From IMG/VR virus record IMGVR_UViG_3300050034_000334: DNA of 64,000 bases; one strand, 5' to 3'. Shown here one piece after another: positions 1 through 9,507 of the stretch. The notes beneath the pieces are model-generated. The model was given only the letters and a program-made list of their open reading frames with translations, was not told where the DNA came from and ran no database searches. Every line of letters starts with the position of its first letter. The first letter of the stretch is position 1. The position numbers and the translations under genes were made by a program. The stretch comes from a virus. Its lineage: Duplodnaviria > Caudoviricetes.

Positions 1-395
1 ATGACAGAATTGTTCAAGAGATTCTGAAATGCACCGGAGGCCATGACCACTCCAAGCGGCTGATGGGGAAGGGATTCCAGACTGTCCCAGCTTAGATCAT
101 GATTCCCTGGAATGCCCCAAAGTCCAAGAGGAAAGGTCTTCAGAATCTGAATGGTGTGACGAATCAGATTCATGGTGTTGCCTTGAGCTTTGGGCTTCTT
201 GCTGTGGAAAAGATCTCCACCGTGCAGGCCCACGGCCCGGTACTTCACACACATGCTTACCCAGTAACTTACCTTGCCCAAGATCGTGTCGGAATAGTCG
301 TCCGCTCGACGGCCTGGAGGCACCGCGCAGACATGAGTGTCCGTTCCGTAGATGAAATTGATAGCATGGTGATCAATTTGGACTTTCTGGTACAT
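1..395 (-). CDS. SbcD/Mre11-like metallophosphoesterase nuclease subunit (N-terminal part, runs off window start)
   Basis: Not in ORF track. Manual translation from ATG at 395: MYQKVQIDHHAINFIYGTDTH...GLHGGDLLH...LWGIPGNHDLSW, i.e. the DxH, GD and GNHD calcineurin-like motifs; near SbcC-like and RecA genes. Confidence 0.85.
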   Translation of the reverse strand, partial: MYQKVQIDHHAINFIYGTDTHVCAVPPGRRADDYSDTILGKVSYWVSMCVKYRAVGLHGGDLFHSKKPKAQGNTMNLIRHTIQILKTFPLGLWGIPGNHDLSWDSLESLPHQPLGVVMASGAFQNLLNNSV

Positions 396-399
396 ATAC

Positions 400-1047
400 A
401 TGGTCCTATCTGGTGTGTACCGTATCGTTAACACAAGGAATGAAAACACCTATGTTGGAAGTTCCTACAATGTGCAAGCTCGCATGCAAGTTCATCGCTA
501 CGAACTCAAGAAAGGAACTCATCCTAATCCTCACTTACAGAGATCCTGGAACAAGTATGGAGAATCTGCCTTTGTCTTTTCCATGATTGAAGAGGTACCA
601 GTTCCTCATCTCTTGGAACGTGAAAACTACTGGATTCAATACTACCATTCCTTCGAGAGAGAACACGGATTCAACATCCTTCGCTATGCTCACAGTTGTC
701 TTGGATATAGATGGACAGAGGACCAAAGAAGACATCTCAGTGAGAAAAGAAGAGGACATGTTTGTTCCGAGATCACCAGAAAACGAATAGCCAATTCTCA
801 CATTGGGAAGCATAGAGAAGTCAAGCCTGTAGAATTGCGACAACGCTGGTCTGAAATTAAGAAAGGAAAGACCAAAAGCGAAAGTTGGAAAGCTAAGATT
901 GGAGAATCTCAACAAGGAGTAAAGAATCATCGTTTTGGTAAACGATGGATGAGTCGTTATGACCATCATCCGATATCAGTTAGCCCGGATGAAATCGACA
1001 ATTTGATACTCCAAGGTTGGCAGCTCGGAAGAAAGAAATTCAGTTGA
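400..1047 (+). CDS. GIY-YIG homing endonuclease with NUMOD3-like tail
   Basis: SGVYRIVN...YVGSS...R...H...E catalytic module; H-x-x-E/S-x-x-R/K-IS repeats; antisense to surrounding operon. Confidence 0.9.
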   Translation: MVLSGVYRIVNTRNENTYVGSSYNVQARMQVHRYELKKGTHPNPHLQRSWNKYGESAFVFSMIEEVPVPHLLERENYWIQYYHSFEREHGFNILRYAHSCLGYRWTEDQRRHLSEKRRGHVCSEITRKRIANSHIGKHREVKPVELRQRWSEIKKGKTKSESWKAKIGESQQGVKNHRFGKRWMSRYDHHPISVSPDEIDNLILQGWQLGRKKFS

Positions 1048-1222
1048 TACTCAGCTTGTTGATGACTGCCTCTGCCATAGCTTTGGCAAAGGCAAGAGCT
1101 TCTTCCTCGTTGTCAAACTTCTTGGTGGTCTTCAACTGCCTGGATCCATGTTCACCTGGCACCAGCGTTACCTCAACCTCTTCCCCATTGACAACAACCT
1201 TCATCCTCGTGTCCTTCCTCAA
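1040..1222 (-). CDS. hypothetical protein
   Basis: 60 aa ORF in operon orientation, stop overlaps the endonuclease stop. Confidence 0.6.
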   Translation of the reverse strand: MRKDTRMKVVVNGEEVEVTLVPGEHGSRQLKTTKKFDNEEEALAFAKAMAEAVINKLSIN

Positions 1223-1262
1223 CCTTTGTGGTCCCTCGTCGGTTCCAAGTTGAGGTGGTCAG

Positions 1263-1559
1263 TTAGACCTGTTGAGGCTTGATGTAGGGATTAGGCTCCT
1301 CGTCAGCGAACCGAAAGTAGAAACCATGGACAGGAGAGTTGGACTTGTGAGGAATCGAAGTTGATCTTTCGATCTGACGTCCATACGGATCCTGCTTGGT
1401 GTCATCTCCCGATACGAAGACAACATTGATGCAAGTGGGACTCCAAACAGCAGTCACAAGAGCATCATGAGGAGTGCCGACCGGGTCATGATAGATTACT
1501 GCATGACCAAGCTGAGGGTTAGGGTTGCTGGTTTCCATAGTGTTTGTGTCTCCTGCCAC
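1263..1559 (-). CDS. hypothetical protein
   Basis: ORF in operon orientation; ATG at 1539 with AGGAG upstream is the likelier start. Confidence 0.7.
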   Translation of the reverse strand: MAGDTNTMETSNPNPQLGHAVIYHDPVGTPHDALVTAVWSPTCINVVFVSGDDTKQDPYGRQIERSTSIPHKSNSPVHGFYFRFADEEPNPYIKPQQV

Positions 1560-1601
1560 GAAAGTGTACTGCTACACTGGTACGTGGCCTACAGTGTAAT
1601 G

Positions 1602-1904
1602 TCAATCAAGAGATATTCTTCTGAAATGGCGGCGGATGTTGGCATATTCAGGAACCATACCAAGAGTAATGATAATTTCAGCGGCAGCTGCTTCAATGAT
1701 GGCAGCCTCCCCGAATTCAACCATTTGTCTCTCAGCTCCAACAATTCCAATTTCATGAAGAGCATGAATCATTTTGCTAGCTGTGCGAATGCGAGCCATA
1801 ACCCAGGACTCTTGATCACGGTTAGCAATAGGACGTTGACACATCATCTGTTCCCCTGATGAGGGTGGTTGTGGATCAGATGATTGCTTAGATTTCGATT
1901 TCAT
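1602..1904 (-). CDS. hypothetical protein
   Basis: 100 aa ORF in operon orientation. Confidence 0.6.
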   Translation of the reverse strand: MKSKSKQSSDPQPPSSGEQMMCQRPIANRDQESWVMARIRTASKMIHALHEIGIVGAERQMVEFGEAAIIEAAAAEIIITLGMVPEYANIRRHFRRISLD

Positions 1905-1942
1905 AGTTGTTACCTCGCAAATCTTGATACAGTCAAGACATT

Positions 1943-2698
1943 ATGACTTCCGGATTCACTTACATGGAAATCATTCATGGTATTTATCAGATACTCAATC
2001 TCAGAAACGGGAAGAGCTATATTGGCCAAAGTTACGGAAAACAGGGGATCTTGGGAAGATGGGAGGGACATCGTAGTGATTTACGTCGTGGAAGTACAAC
2101 CAACACCAAGTTTCTAAATGCATGGAGAAAATATGGAGAAGATAGTTTTGATTTCAGAATTGTCATGGTTATTCCTAACAAGATAGAAATTCTGGATGAA
2201 GCTGAAACATATTTCATCAAACTGTTTGATTCCATTGACAACGGATACAATCTTCGAGAAGGAGGTAATTCAGCTAGACATAGTCCCTCTAGTACAGAGA
2301 AACTCAAGCAGTCCCTTCATACTTACTATTCAAACCAAGGCAATAGGAACAAGGCTTCCATAGCTCAAAGGAAACGGTTTGCTGAACAAGGAGTTTCTAA
2401 GGAGACTCGTATCAAACAATCAAAAAGTCAAACCGGAAGAATTCATCCAGACGAAGTGAGAAAGAAGATACAAGTGGCTTCCTTAACATCTCAGAGAATA
2501 CGGTTTGACACTCAAGGAGTAAGTGAAGAAACTCGTAAGAAGATGTCTATTCTAAGAAGAGGAGTGAAACCTTCAGAAACTGTTCGTCAATCCAGAGCCG
2601 AAGGAGTTAGAAAATTTCATGCCACCCAAGGATTCAGCGAAGAAACCAGGCAGAGAATGTCTGCTGCCCAAAAGAAAAGGTTTGCTAAGACACCTTGA
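1943..2698 (+). CDS. GIY-YIG homing endonuclease with NUMOD3-like repeats
   Basis: HGIYQILN...YIGQS...RW..H...E...GYN motif; repeated SEETRxKMS; antisense to operon. Confidence 0.9.
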   Translation: MTSGFTYMEIIHGIYQILNLRNGKSYIGQSYGKQGILGRWEGHRSDLRRGSTTNTKFLNAWRKYGEDSFDFRIVMVIPNKIEILDEAETYFIKLFDSIDNGYNLREGGNSARHSPSSTEKLKQSLHTYYSNQGNRNKASIAQRKRFAEQGVSKETRIKQSKSQTGRIHPDEVRKKIQVASLTSQRIRFDTQGVSEETRKKMSILRRGVKPSETVRQSRAEGVRKFHATQGFSEETRQRMSAAQKKRFAKTP

Positions 2699-3284
2699 TA
2701 AGTATAATCTTTCCACTTAGAGTCAGAGAGGAAAGGATGGGCCGGTCATATTCTGGTTGATCTCTCTCTTCTTTATAGATCACCGTCTTCACATTATTGA
2801 TAATAATGGACTTAAAGCAATCCAAACACGGAACGGCTGTATTAAAGAGTACCAACCCCTCCTGTCTAGGAAGTATGGAGTTGACAGGATGTTCCAGACT
2901 CAACTGGGTCAAAGCAGACACTTCAGCATGAACAGTGAGCCGGCAAGTGACCGCTGGGATGCAACCAATCTTCCGGCAGTCACCCTTCAGACCCTCCGGT
3001 TTCACGTTGGCTCCCCAGCTGAGAATTGCCAGGTTCCGGTCAGTCACAACACAACCCATCTTTCGACGTTCACATTCAGCCGTCTCGGCAACTTCATCGA
3101 TGCGATCGAAGATACCTGCGACTGACTGCTCGTCAAATTGTGGGATATTTGGGCTGATCTCATGAGGTTCAGCATCAATCCAGTCAAAGGACCGGGCATA
3201 GTAGGCTATGCGATGTCCTGGATCAAGTTCTAGCCTCACCTTGTACGAGTTGAACGGAACATACAATCTTTGAGTGAATTTCAT
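2685..3284 (-). CDS. deoxycytidylate (dCMP) deaminase
   Basis: VHAE and PCLDC zinc motifs, MGCVV..N.AILSWGAN segment. Confidence 0.85.
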   Translation of the reverse strand: MKFTQRLYVPFNSYKVRLELDPGHRIAYYARSFDWIDAEPHEISPNIPQFDEQSVAGIFDRIDEVAETAECERRKMGCVVTDRNLAILSWGANVKPEGLKGDCRKIGCIPAVTCRLTVHAEVSALTQLSLEHPVNSILPRQEGLVLFNTAVPCLDCFKSIIINNVKTVIYKEERDQPEYDRPILSSLTLSGKIILIKVS

Positions 3285-3565
3285 ACTCCCTCATACTCTC
3301 TTAGGAGAGCTTCTCCTTTGGAGATTTCCTCGGTGATTTCGACCAGCTTGGCAGCCAGCGACTGTTCGAGCTCAGTGGCCTTGGCCTGCATCTCGTCGGC
3401 ACTCATGTCTTCGGGATCGGCCACGCCGTATTCGCGCAACTTGTTCAGAGCTTCGGAGAGTTTCTGCTCTTCGATTCCGGCCTCGCGAATCAGTTGATCC
3501 TTCTTGCCAAGTAGGACCTTCTGTCGGTTTTGGACATCGCGCAGGAGAGTTTGGGTATCGGGCAT
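3281..3565 (-). CDS. hypothetical coiled-coil protein
   Basis: ATG at 3565 immediately after the upstream TAG; heptad-rich helical sequence. Confidence 0.7.
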   Translation of the reverse strand: MPDTQTLLRDVQNRQKVLLGKKDQLIREAGIEEQKLSEALNKLREYGVADPEDMSADEMQAKATELEQSLAAKLVEITEEISKGEALLREYEGV

Positions 3566-3566
3566 T

Positions 3567-4772
3567 CTAGACCTCGTGGATACAGAAACTGGCACCACAC
3601 TTGGGGCAGGTGACTGAATCCTTCAACCTGCGCTCTTCCTCAATGGTTTTCCTGAGTTCAGCTTCTTCCTCTTCGTTTTCTTCAAGGACATTGATTGCTG
3701 ACTGCAGGCGCTGCTGACAACTACCCACTGAGGACATAAGTGAAGCGGCTTGTCTTAGATACCCAACCAAGGCTCTGATGTCCTTGATTTCTTCCAACCC
3801 GTTATCAGTGTTGGAAATGACGCTATCTACAGCATCGGAGATATGCTCTCCAGAGGCTTTCTTGCTTCTAAGTAGGACTGCTGTACTGTCTAACTGGGCA
3901 ATCATGCGATACAAGGCGAGTAACTCGCTCCACATATCCCTGACTGTCGATAACCGGGTAATTGCCTGACCAAGCAGCGTGTCGCGCTTCTTGATGATAG
4001 CACTCTTTTCCAGCCAAGTTATCAAGGACTGTAAGTTGGCGACCTCGTCCAATGGCGGAGCAGTTATGTTGGAGATTAGTTGGCGAAGTGAATTGAACTT
4101 ATCCAAACTTACAGCGGATTCTTGATACAAGAAGTTCAAGGTCTCAAATCCCTTGGCTTCGCTCTCTAGCAGAACCAGACCTTCCATGATCGGAGTGACA
4201 TTGGTCTGAATCTCGGTCAGCTTGTGCTTACGAGTCTCCGCCTCATTGATCTCAGTAGCAATGGACTTCGCCTCTGAGCCTTTCTGTTGAATCCTGGTGT
4301 TAGTCTCGCGCTTCCCCATCTCGAGCTTCTCAGTCGACGAGAAGGCCCCAAGGATGGCGTTCATTTGAGTTGGCCCAACATCCTGAAGCATGAACTTCGA
4401 ATCGTGCTGATTCGAAAAGATGGGGTCGAGCTTTGTGTCACCGATTTCGATGATCCCCATGTTCAGAGCTTTGACTTCATCGGGGATCTCGAGTGCTCCA
4501 CGCTTGAGGAGCTTGCCATCGATGAGGTACTTGTTGCTGTCGCCGACGGATCGTTTGATAGTGATTTTGTGACCCCCAATTTCGAGGGTCACTTCGGTAT
4601 CTTCTTCTCCCACCCGGATCTGATCTGCTTCGATCTCATTCCGAATTAGACCTTGCAGAGCACGAACAGCAGCACTCTTGCCGGTGTCACTGTCGCCAAC
4701 CAGGACGGTCAGTTTTCCCAGGGCCAGTGAAAACTCTTCCCATGGTTGGAAGTTCTTGGCAGACAGTTTCAT
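3567..4772 (-). CDS. SbcC/Rad50-like ATPase, N-terminal half (Walker A, coiled coil, C-terminal CPKC Zn hook)
   Basis: MKLSAKNFQ start, VGDSDTGKS Walker A, long coiled coil, CPKCG at the end; no signature motif or Walker B. Confidence 0.8.
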   Translation of the reverse strand: MKLSAKNFQPWEEFSLALGKLTVLVGDSDTGKSAAVRALQGLIRNEIEADQIRVGEEDTEVTLEIGGHKITIKRSVGDSNKYLIDGKLLKRGALEIPDEVKALNMGIIEIGDTKLDPIFSNQHDSKFMLQDVGPTQMNAILGAFSSTEKLEMGKRETNTRIQQKGSEAKSIATEINEAETRKHKLTEIQTNVTPIMEGLVLLESEAKGFETLNFLYQESAVSLDKFNSLRQLISNITAPPLDEVANLQSLITWLEKSAIIKKRDTLLGQAITRLSTVRDMWSELLALYRMIAQLDSTAVLLRSKKASGEHISDAVDSVISNTDNGLEEIKDIRALVGYLRQAASLMSSVGSCQQRLQSAINVLEENEEEEAELRKTIEEERRLKDSVTCPKCGASFCIHEV

Positions 4773-6052
4773 CAGAAGGTCTCTACATCCCCATCCTTGA
4801 CATCTTCAACTTCAAACTTCTTGTTGACGAAGACCTCGTCATCATCGAAGGCTGCTTCCTCACCCTTGACATAGGTAGCCAGGGCAGAATCAACCTCACA
4901 CTCGAACTCGGTGGAGTCGACTGTGTTCACCAAGAGCTTGCGAAGTTCACCCAGAATCTCCGGATTCTGATTGATGACCAGATCCTGGATCGCCGCGTCC
5001 TTGGATGCATACTTGATGATGGCCTCGTCAGGGTTCTTGCCGACGAAGTAGGTGCGACCGATGTAGTCGATGAACTTGTAGCGACGTCCCAGCTGGCGAA
5101 CAGAGATGTTCTCGTCCACTCCAAGACCAGTTCTGAGCCAGAGAGTTCCCTCGCGGAAACCTCCACCGGTCACCTTGTTCTTCAATGAGCGAGCACGAAT
5201 CTGAGTGACAGCAAAGGGTCCCTTATTGTCACCTGGCTCGATGATGAACGGATCGTCAGCGAATCCACCGGCTCGGAATGCCTTCACGGTCTTCAGTTCC
5301 AGCATGTAGGACGTGTTGTAGCGATTCGCCATTCCGCCGGGAAGAGTGTAGGGGAGGTTGGTGAATGATGGGTACTTCTGTGCCCACTTGGCGTCGTTTC
5401 CGTCCTCGATGCGTGCTCTCTGCTGGTTGATCATGATGAAGATGCAATCATGCTCAGCAGCGTGAGGCAGAAGAACGTCGTAGAAGTCTTGAATGGCCTT
5501 GGCGTGTTTACCCACGGTTGCCTTGAATGCGGCACCCGACTGAATGTCCTTTTCGTCGACCTTGGACTTCATGCGAGGAATGGAGTCAAACACGAAGAAG
5601 CGGCAGCCGGCATTCATCAGGTCGATGACATCCTTGGCACTCTGCTCGATGCTGTCAGGCTTCTTGATGAAGACCATGCTCTCGTCAATGCCCATGACCC
5701 TGGCATACTTGCTGTTGGTGGTGCGCTCGAAGTCGAACGCTGCAGCAGGCTCGCCGGTCTGACGTTGGTAGTTGGCAATGATCCCCAGAGTGAGAGTCGA
5801 CTTGCCGGCTCCTTCATTACCGTGGATGTGAATTACACGACCACCATGACAAACCCCTCTCCAGCCCAAGACCTGGTCCATAGTCAGGAAGCCGAACGGA
5901 ACGAAGGTCTCGTCGACGTTCTCTTCAAGGACACGCCAGTCTCCCTTGGACTGGGCCTTATACTTGAGGAACTGTTCACGACGATCCTGAATGGTGAAGA
6001 CGCGGGTGTTGATGCTGCTTCCTGCAGATTTCTTGACGGTTGGCGCGGCCAT
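4772..6052 (-). CDS. recA: RecA/UvsX-like recombinase
   Basis: GNEGAGKST Walker A, FVFDSI Walker B, IMINQQR, PGG motif, acidic tail. Confidence 0.92.
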   Translation of the reverse strand: MAAPTVKKSAGSSINTRVFTIQDRREQFLKYKAQSKGDWRVLEENVDETFVPFGFLTMDQVLGWRGVCHGGRVIHIHGNEGAGKSTLTLGIIANYQRQTGEPAAAFDFERTTNSKYARVMGIDESMVFIKKPDSIEQSAKDVIDLMNAGCRFFVFDSIPRMKSKVDEKDIQSGAAFKATVGKHAKAIQDFYDVLLPHAAEHDCIFIMINQQRARIEDGNDAKWAQKYPSFTNLPYTLPGGMANRYNTSYMLELKTVKAFRAGGFADDPFIIEPGDNKGPFAVTQIRARSLKNKVTGGGFREGTLWLRTGLGVDENISVRQLGRRYKFIDYIGRTYFVGKNPDEAIIKYASKDAAIQDLVINQNPEILGELRKLLVNTVDSTEFECEVDSALATYVKGEEAAFDDDEVFVNKKFEVEDVKDGDVETF

Positions 6053-6064
6053 AATCTCCTCGGT

Positions 6065-6586
6065 TTACTGGTTTGTCAGAGCATAGTGTGCAAGCAGAAG
6101 CGCATCAGCCCTTCCTAGATGCCCGATAGTTCTGCCACGATACTCATGGCATAGTTCACTGGCACTGTCCGGATAAAGTTGGACTGCTCTCTGTACAGCA
6201 GCTTCTTTCTCCTTGGGCATATCCTTCATGATCTTGACCTTCCAAGTGGCCGGATGCACGAGAGAATACGGAATGTGATAAGCCGAAAGCATGCCTCTCC
6301 ACAGGCCAAATCCCATGCCAAAGTTGAACATGGAAGTGACACCCTGACCAGGCATCGCCGACACCTTCTCTAATACGCAGGTGGCCTCATCTGCGGAGTC
6401 TGCAAAGGCTTTCAATGCCCTTGCCATGTCGATTTCGTTGTACTCGGATTTGTTCTTGGTTCCGCTCTTCACCTGGAACATGGCAGGGTCATAGAATTCC
6501 ACGGAGGTTACAGCACTGTCCACCACCGTGATGCAAGCTATGGCTCCAGTTTGCCCGGGATCAATTCCTAGATAGACCTTCTTCAT
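6065..6586 (-). CDS. ruvC: RuvC-like Holliday junction resolvase
   Basis: LGIDPG, LEKV..MPGQGVTSMFNFG, ADALLLA motifs. Confidence 0.9.
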   Translation of the reverse strand: MKKVYLGIDPGQTGAIACITVVDSAVTSVEFYDPAMFQVKSGTKNKSEYNEIDMARALKAFADSADEATCVLEKVSAMPGQGVTSMFNFGMGFGLWRGMLSAYHIPYSLVHPATWKVKIMKDMPKEKEAAVQRAVQLYPDSASELCHEYRGRTIGHLGRADALLLAHYALTNQ

Positions 6587-7326
6587 TGCTGCTCCCTGTT
6601 CGGTGTGAATGGCTTGACCAGAGGAAACGGCTGGGCAGTGAATCCCAACTTGAGTGCCTCCTGCTGCTCTTCTTCCAGTTCACACTCCTTGATGTCCTTG
6701 AGCCACTTCTTGCCTTCGCTCTTCCAGTAGAATCCGCCGGTCTTGGCCAGTTCCCGGTTTTCGTAGGACACAATGGCCTCGATCGTCAGCATCGGAGAGC
6801 GAGCCATTCTCATGACCTCATCCAACGGATAACGATCAAGGATCACGAGCATCGTCATGACATCGAACAGAGCTCTGTGTGGGAACGGATTGAGGAATCC
6901 ATGTTCGGCTGCCATGTAGGTCAGCTTCTTGGCCGCCTTGCGAGGCATCTTGAGATCGGTCATGGTATCGATCCAGACCTTGTCTTCGATCTCAAGGTCG
7001 TGCTTCTTGCACCACTTGTTGAGGAAGAACTTGTCAAATCTGTTGCCGTTATGTGCACAAACTGCCTCTGCCTGATTGTACCAGCGAAGGAGTTGCTTCA
7101 GTCCATTTTCAGATGTGTATCCCTGCTGTTCACACAGTTGTGGCGTGATGCCTGTGATGTTCTGACAGGCCTCGTCCCAGACAGGGTTGATAGGATTGAC
7201 CAGATACCCTATGGATTTGAGAGGAGCATGTAGTTCAGTACTCCAAAGAACTGCGCCAACTTCAGTGATGGAGTGAAGTTCAGGCTCCATTCCTGAGGTT
7301 TCGAAATCTAATCCGAGAATGATCAA
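6583..7326 (-). CDS. DEDDh 3'-5' exonuclease (DnaQ-like)
   Basis: LDFETSG, AHNGNRFD, HRALFD motifs. Confidence 0.9.
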   Translation of the reverse strand: MIILGLDFETSGMEPELHSITEVGAVLWSTELHAPLKSIGYLVNPINPVWDEACQNITGITPQLCEQQGYTSENGLKQLLRWYNQAEAVCAHNGNRFDKFFLNKWCKKHDLEIEDKVWIDTMTDLKMPRKAAKKLTYMAAEHGFLNPFPHRALFDVMTMLVILDRYPLDEVMRMARSPMLTIEAIVSYENRELAKTGGFYWKSEGKKWLKDIKECELEEEQQEALKLGFTAQPFPLVKPFTPNREQQ

Positions 7327-7344
7327 TCACTTGCCTCAGTGAAT

Positions 7345-7373
7345 CAAAGAGAATAGGAGGGGTTGCCCCCTCC
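7345..7373 (-). terminator. intrinsic terminator after SSB
   Basis: GGAGGGG-GCAA-CCCCTCC stem followed by TATTCTCTTT on minus strand. Confidence 0.65.
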
Positions 7374-7388
7374 CTTTTCTCCTCTTGG

Positions 7389-8261
7389 TTAGAGCTCTTC
7401 CACGTCATCCAGGGACTGGTCTTCGGCACCGGCCACCAGAGACTGAAGAACGATCTTCATCTCTGCCAGTGATACCTTCTTGCCCAGCTTGGAATTCAAC
7501 TTCTTGCGGTCCATGAACTTGGCACAAGCCTCCTTGACTTCGGCGACGAGTGCTTCGTTCTGGCGCCAGCGAGCGTTGTCGGTGGCCATGACGAACTTGT
7601 ATCCGATACCGCTGTCCTTGTGGGTCATCACGATATCGAGGTCAGTCACAACCTTACCTTCGGGAGCCAGTTCGCTGATGTCGCGGTAGTTGGTCTGTCC
7701 CAGCTGAACGTATTCAATTGCCCATTCAATGGGAGGAACTCTACCGTGTTCATCCTTGCGATACTTGCCATCCTTGGAAGGAGCATTGGTGTAGTGAAGT
7801 ACCAGAGCAGCAATCGTCAACTGACCGTCTTCTGCCAACTTCTTGCAGCAGAGGCCAGGTTCATCTTCAGTCGCCAGGCAACGGAACGTGCCCTTCTTGT
7901 CGATGAAATGAGTGAGTGCTCTCAGAGGCTTGAGCCAGGGGATGATGGCGAAGCGGACAGCCTTGCCCTTCTCAGGACGGAGGCGATCCAGGCCACCAGA
8001 ACGGGACATGGTCTTTTCATCTCCCCATTCCAGTTCATCAGCGATGCTGTCATCAGTCGCGGCGGCGGCGGACTTCTTGCCCTTGATTACAGGCTCGTCG
8101 TCATCACCTTCGTCTGCTCCTGAGGCAGCAGTCGTCTTCTTCTCAGGCTCTGCGGTCTTCTTGGTTTCAGGCTCTTCAGCCTTCTTGACTTCCGGTTCAG
8201 TCGTCTTCTTTGCGGTTACAGCAGCGTCGAGTTCGTCGTCAATTTCAGTGAATTTTGCCAC
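7389..8261 (-). CDS. single-stranded DNA-binding protein (gp32-like), putative
   Basis: RFAI..W...HF...FRC...LCC core, acidic C-terminal tail (DQSLDDVEEL), position in recombination cluster. Confidence 0.7.
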   Translation of the reverse strand: MAKFTEIDDELDAAVTAKKTTEPEVKKAEEPETKKTAEPEKKTTAASGADEGDDDEPVIKGKKSAAAATDDSIADELEWGDEKTMSRSGGLDRLRPEKGKAVRFAIIPWLKPLRALTHFIDKKGTFRCLATEDEPGLCCKKLAEDGQLTIAALVLHYTNAPSKDGKYRKDEHGRVPPIEWAIEYVQLGQTNYRDISELAPEGKVVTDLDIVMTHKDSGIGYKFVMATDNARWRQNEALVAEVKEACAKFMDRKKLNSKLGKKVSLAEMKIVLQSLVAGAEDQSLDDVEEL

Positions 8262-8343
8262 GTTGTTATCTCCAGTGTTAGTTTGGATTGCGTCGTAGAC
8301 GCTGGGTATTTAATACTGTTACTAGGCTCTAGCCGGCAGATAA

Positions 8344-8673
8344 CTACTTGACTACTTCCAGCTTACGCAGGTCACCCAGCGTGGTGAACTTCACCTTGCG
8401 CTTGGTGCTGGTCTGAGTAAGTTCACCGTTGCGGAATGGGTTCTTGCGGAGCTTGCCCAAGTTGTGCTTCACGATCAGCTTTCCGAGACTCGGAACGCGA
8501 AGGGTGTAGCCATCTTGGTCAATATGTGAACTCACGATCTGGTAGACGCTGTCGAAGACTGCCTTGGTAATCTTCTCAGCTTCCTTCTTCTCGGTAAGTC
8601 CCAGCGCAGTTTGCACGGCAGCGACGATCTGCTCCGGCCCTTCCATCGGAAGTTTTGCCATTGGTTGAATCAC
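8344..8673 (-). CDS. HU/IHF-family histone-like DNA-binding protein
   Basis: KKEAEKITKAVF helix, LGKL.V, RKNPF..GE, KVKF pattern. Confidence 0.8.
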   Translation of the reverse strand: MIQPMAKLPMEGPEQIVAAVQTALGLTEKKEAEKITKAVFDSVYQIVSSHIDQDGYTLRVPSLGKLIVKHNLGKLRKNPFRNGELTQTSTKRKVKFTTLGDLRKLEVVK

Positions 8674-8739
8674 CTTTCTCTGTCAGAGAGTAATCCCTGA
8701 AGATTGATGATTCTGAATACTGGGAAATGGTGGATTTTG

Positions 8740-9507
8740 CTAGTTCCATATCTTAGAAATTTGAAGGGCACACACGAAAGCACTGGATTTTCGAACACGC
8801 CATTTTGATAAACATCTAATCGATTGGTCCACTCTCCCCAGGTCAAGCGATATCTGGCGTAATCTATTGAATCTCGTTTGACTGATGCCGAACTTACGAG
8901 CAGCCGGGAAATCGTTCTCATGGGCAAAGACGTAGCCAACCAAGTCACGATACAATACATTCAATCGATAGGATGGTTCTACTTCCGCTGGAATCCAGTG
9001 ATTACTTTCCCAGGGTGCTGGCCATAGGGGAGCACTCTTCAGAGGTACATCACCAGTTAGCTGCCACACAGCCTCCCACAGTGCTCCGCGTATGTCTACA
9101 ATTTCCGATTCACGGCATACCTCACGACTAACTGCTTCTAACTTCTCTTTTACTGGCTTTTCTTCACCAAGGATCTCAGATGCCACCCTCACGAGAGCAT
9201 TCATTCCTGCTGATCCACTCTCTAAGGGTTGAATGGACCAGATGCCAGTTTTCTTCTTGACATCAGGACTCAGATCAATGCAGTTCGAAGATGTGACTCG
9301 CAGGAGGAGATTCTCATCCTTCCCCAGTAAGTCATCATCCTTGACAGTTTCTCTATCCTGGCACACCAAATCCAAGAGTTGTTCAGCGAACCGGATCTGC
9401 GCTCTGTCGAACCCAACCAAGATGTTGTTCTTGGACCTCGACTTCTTGCTGATCAGGAGAGGAACCTGAGGGAACTCAGTGGCGGTGTTGTTCTTTACTT
9501 TGACCAT
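8740..9507 (-). CDS. hypothetical protein, possibly clamp-loader delta (HolA)-like
   Basis: Size, position and weak resemblance (NILVGFD; KFGISQTRFNRL); no intact Walker A. Confidence 0.35.
   Translation of the reverse strand: MVKVKNNTATEFPQVPLLISKKSRSKNNILVGFDRAQIRFAEQLLDLVCQDRETVKDDDLLGKDENLLLRVTSSNCIDLSPDVKKKTGIWSIQPLESGSAGMNALVRVASEILGEEKPVKEKLEAVSREVCRESEIVDIRGALWEAVWQLTGDVPLKSAPLWPAPWESNHWIPAEVEPSYRLNVLYRDLVGYVFAHENDFPAARKFGISQTRFNRLRQISLDLGRVDQSIRCLSKWRVRKSSAFVCALQISKIWN

Noticed and set aside
99-431. 110-aa plus-strand ORF
   Set aside because: Antisense shadow of the SbcD-like gene, whose motifs are clear on the minus strand.
358-2701. TTGATA hexamers flanking the two inverted endonucleases as -35 elements or target duplications
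   Set aside because: No -10 at proper spacing and no consistent distance to insertion ends.
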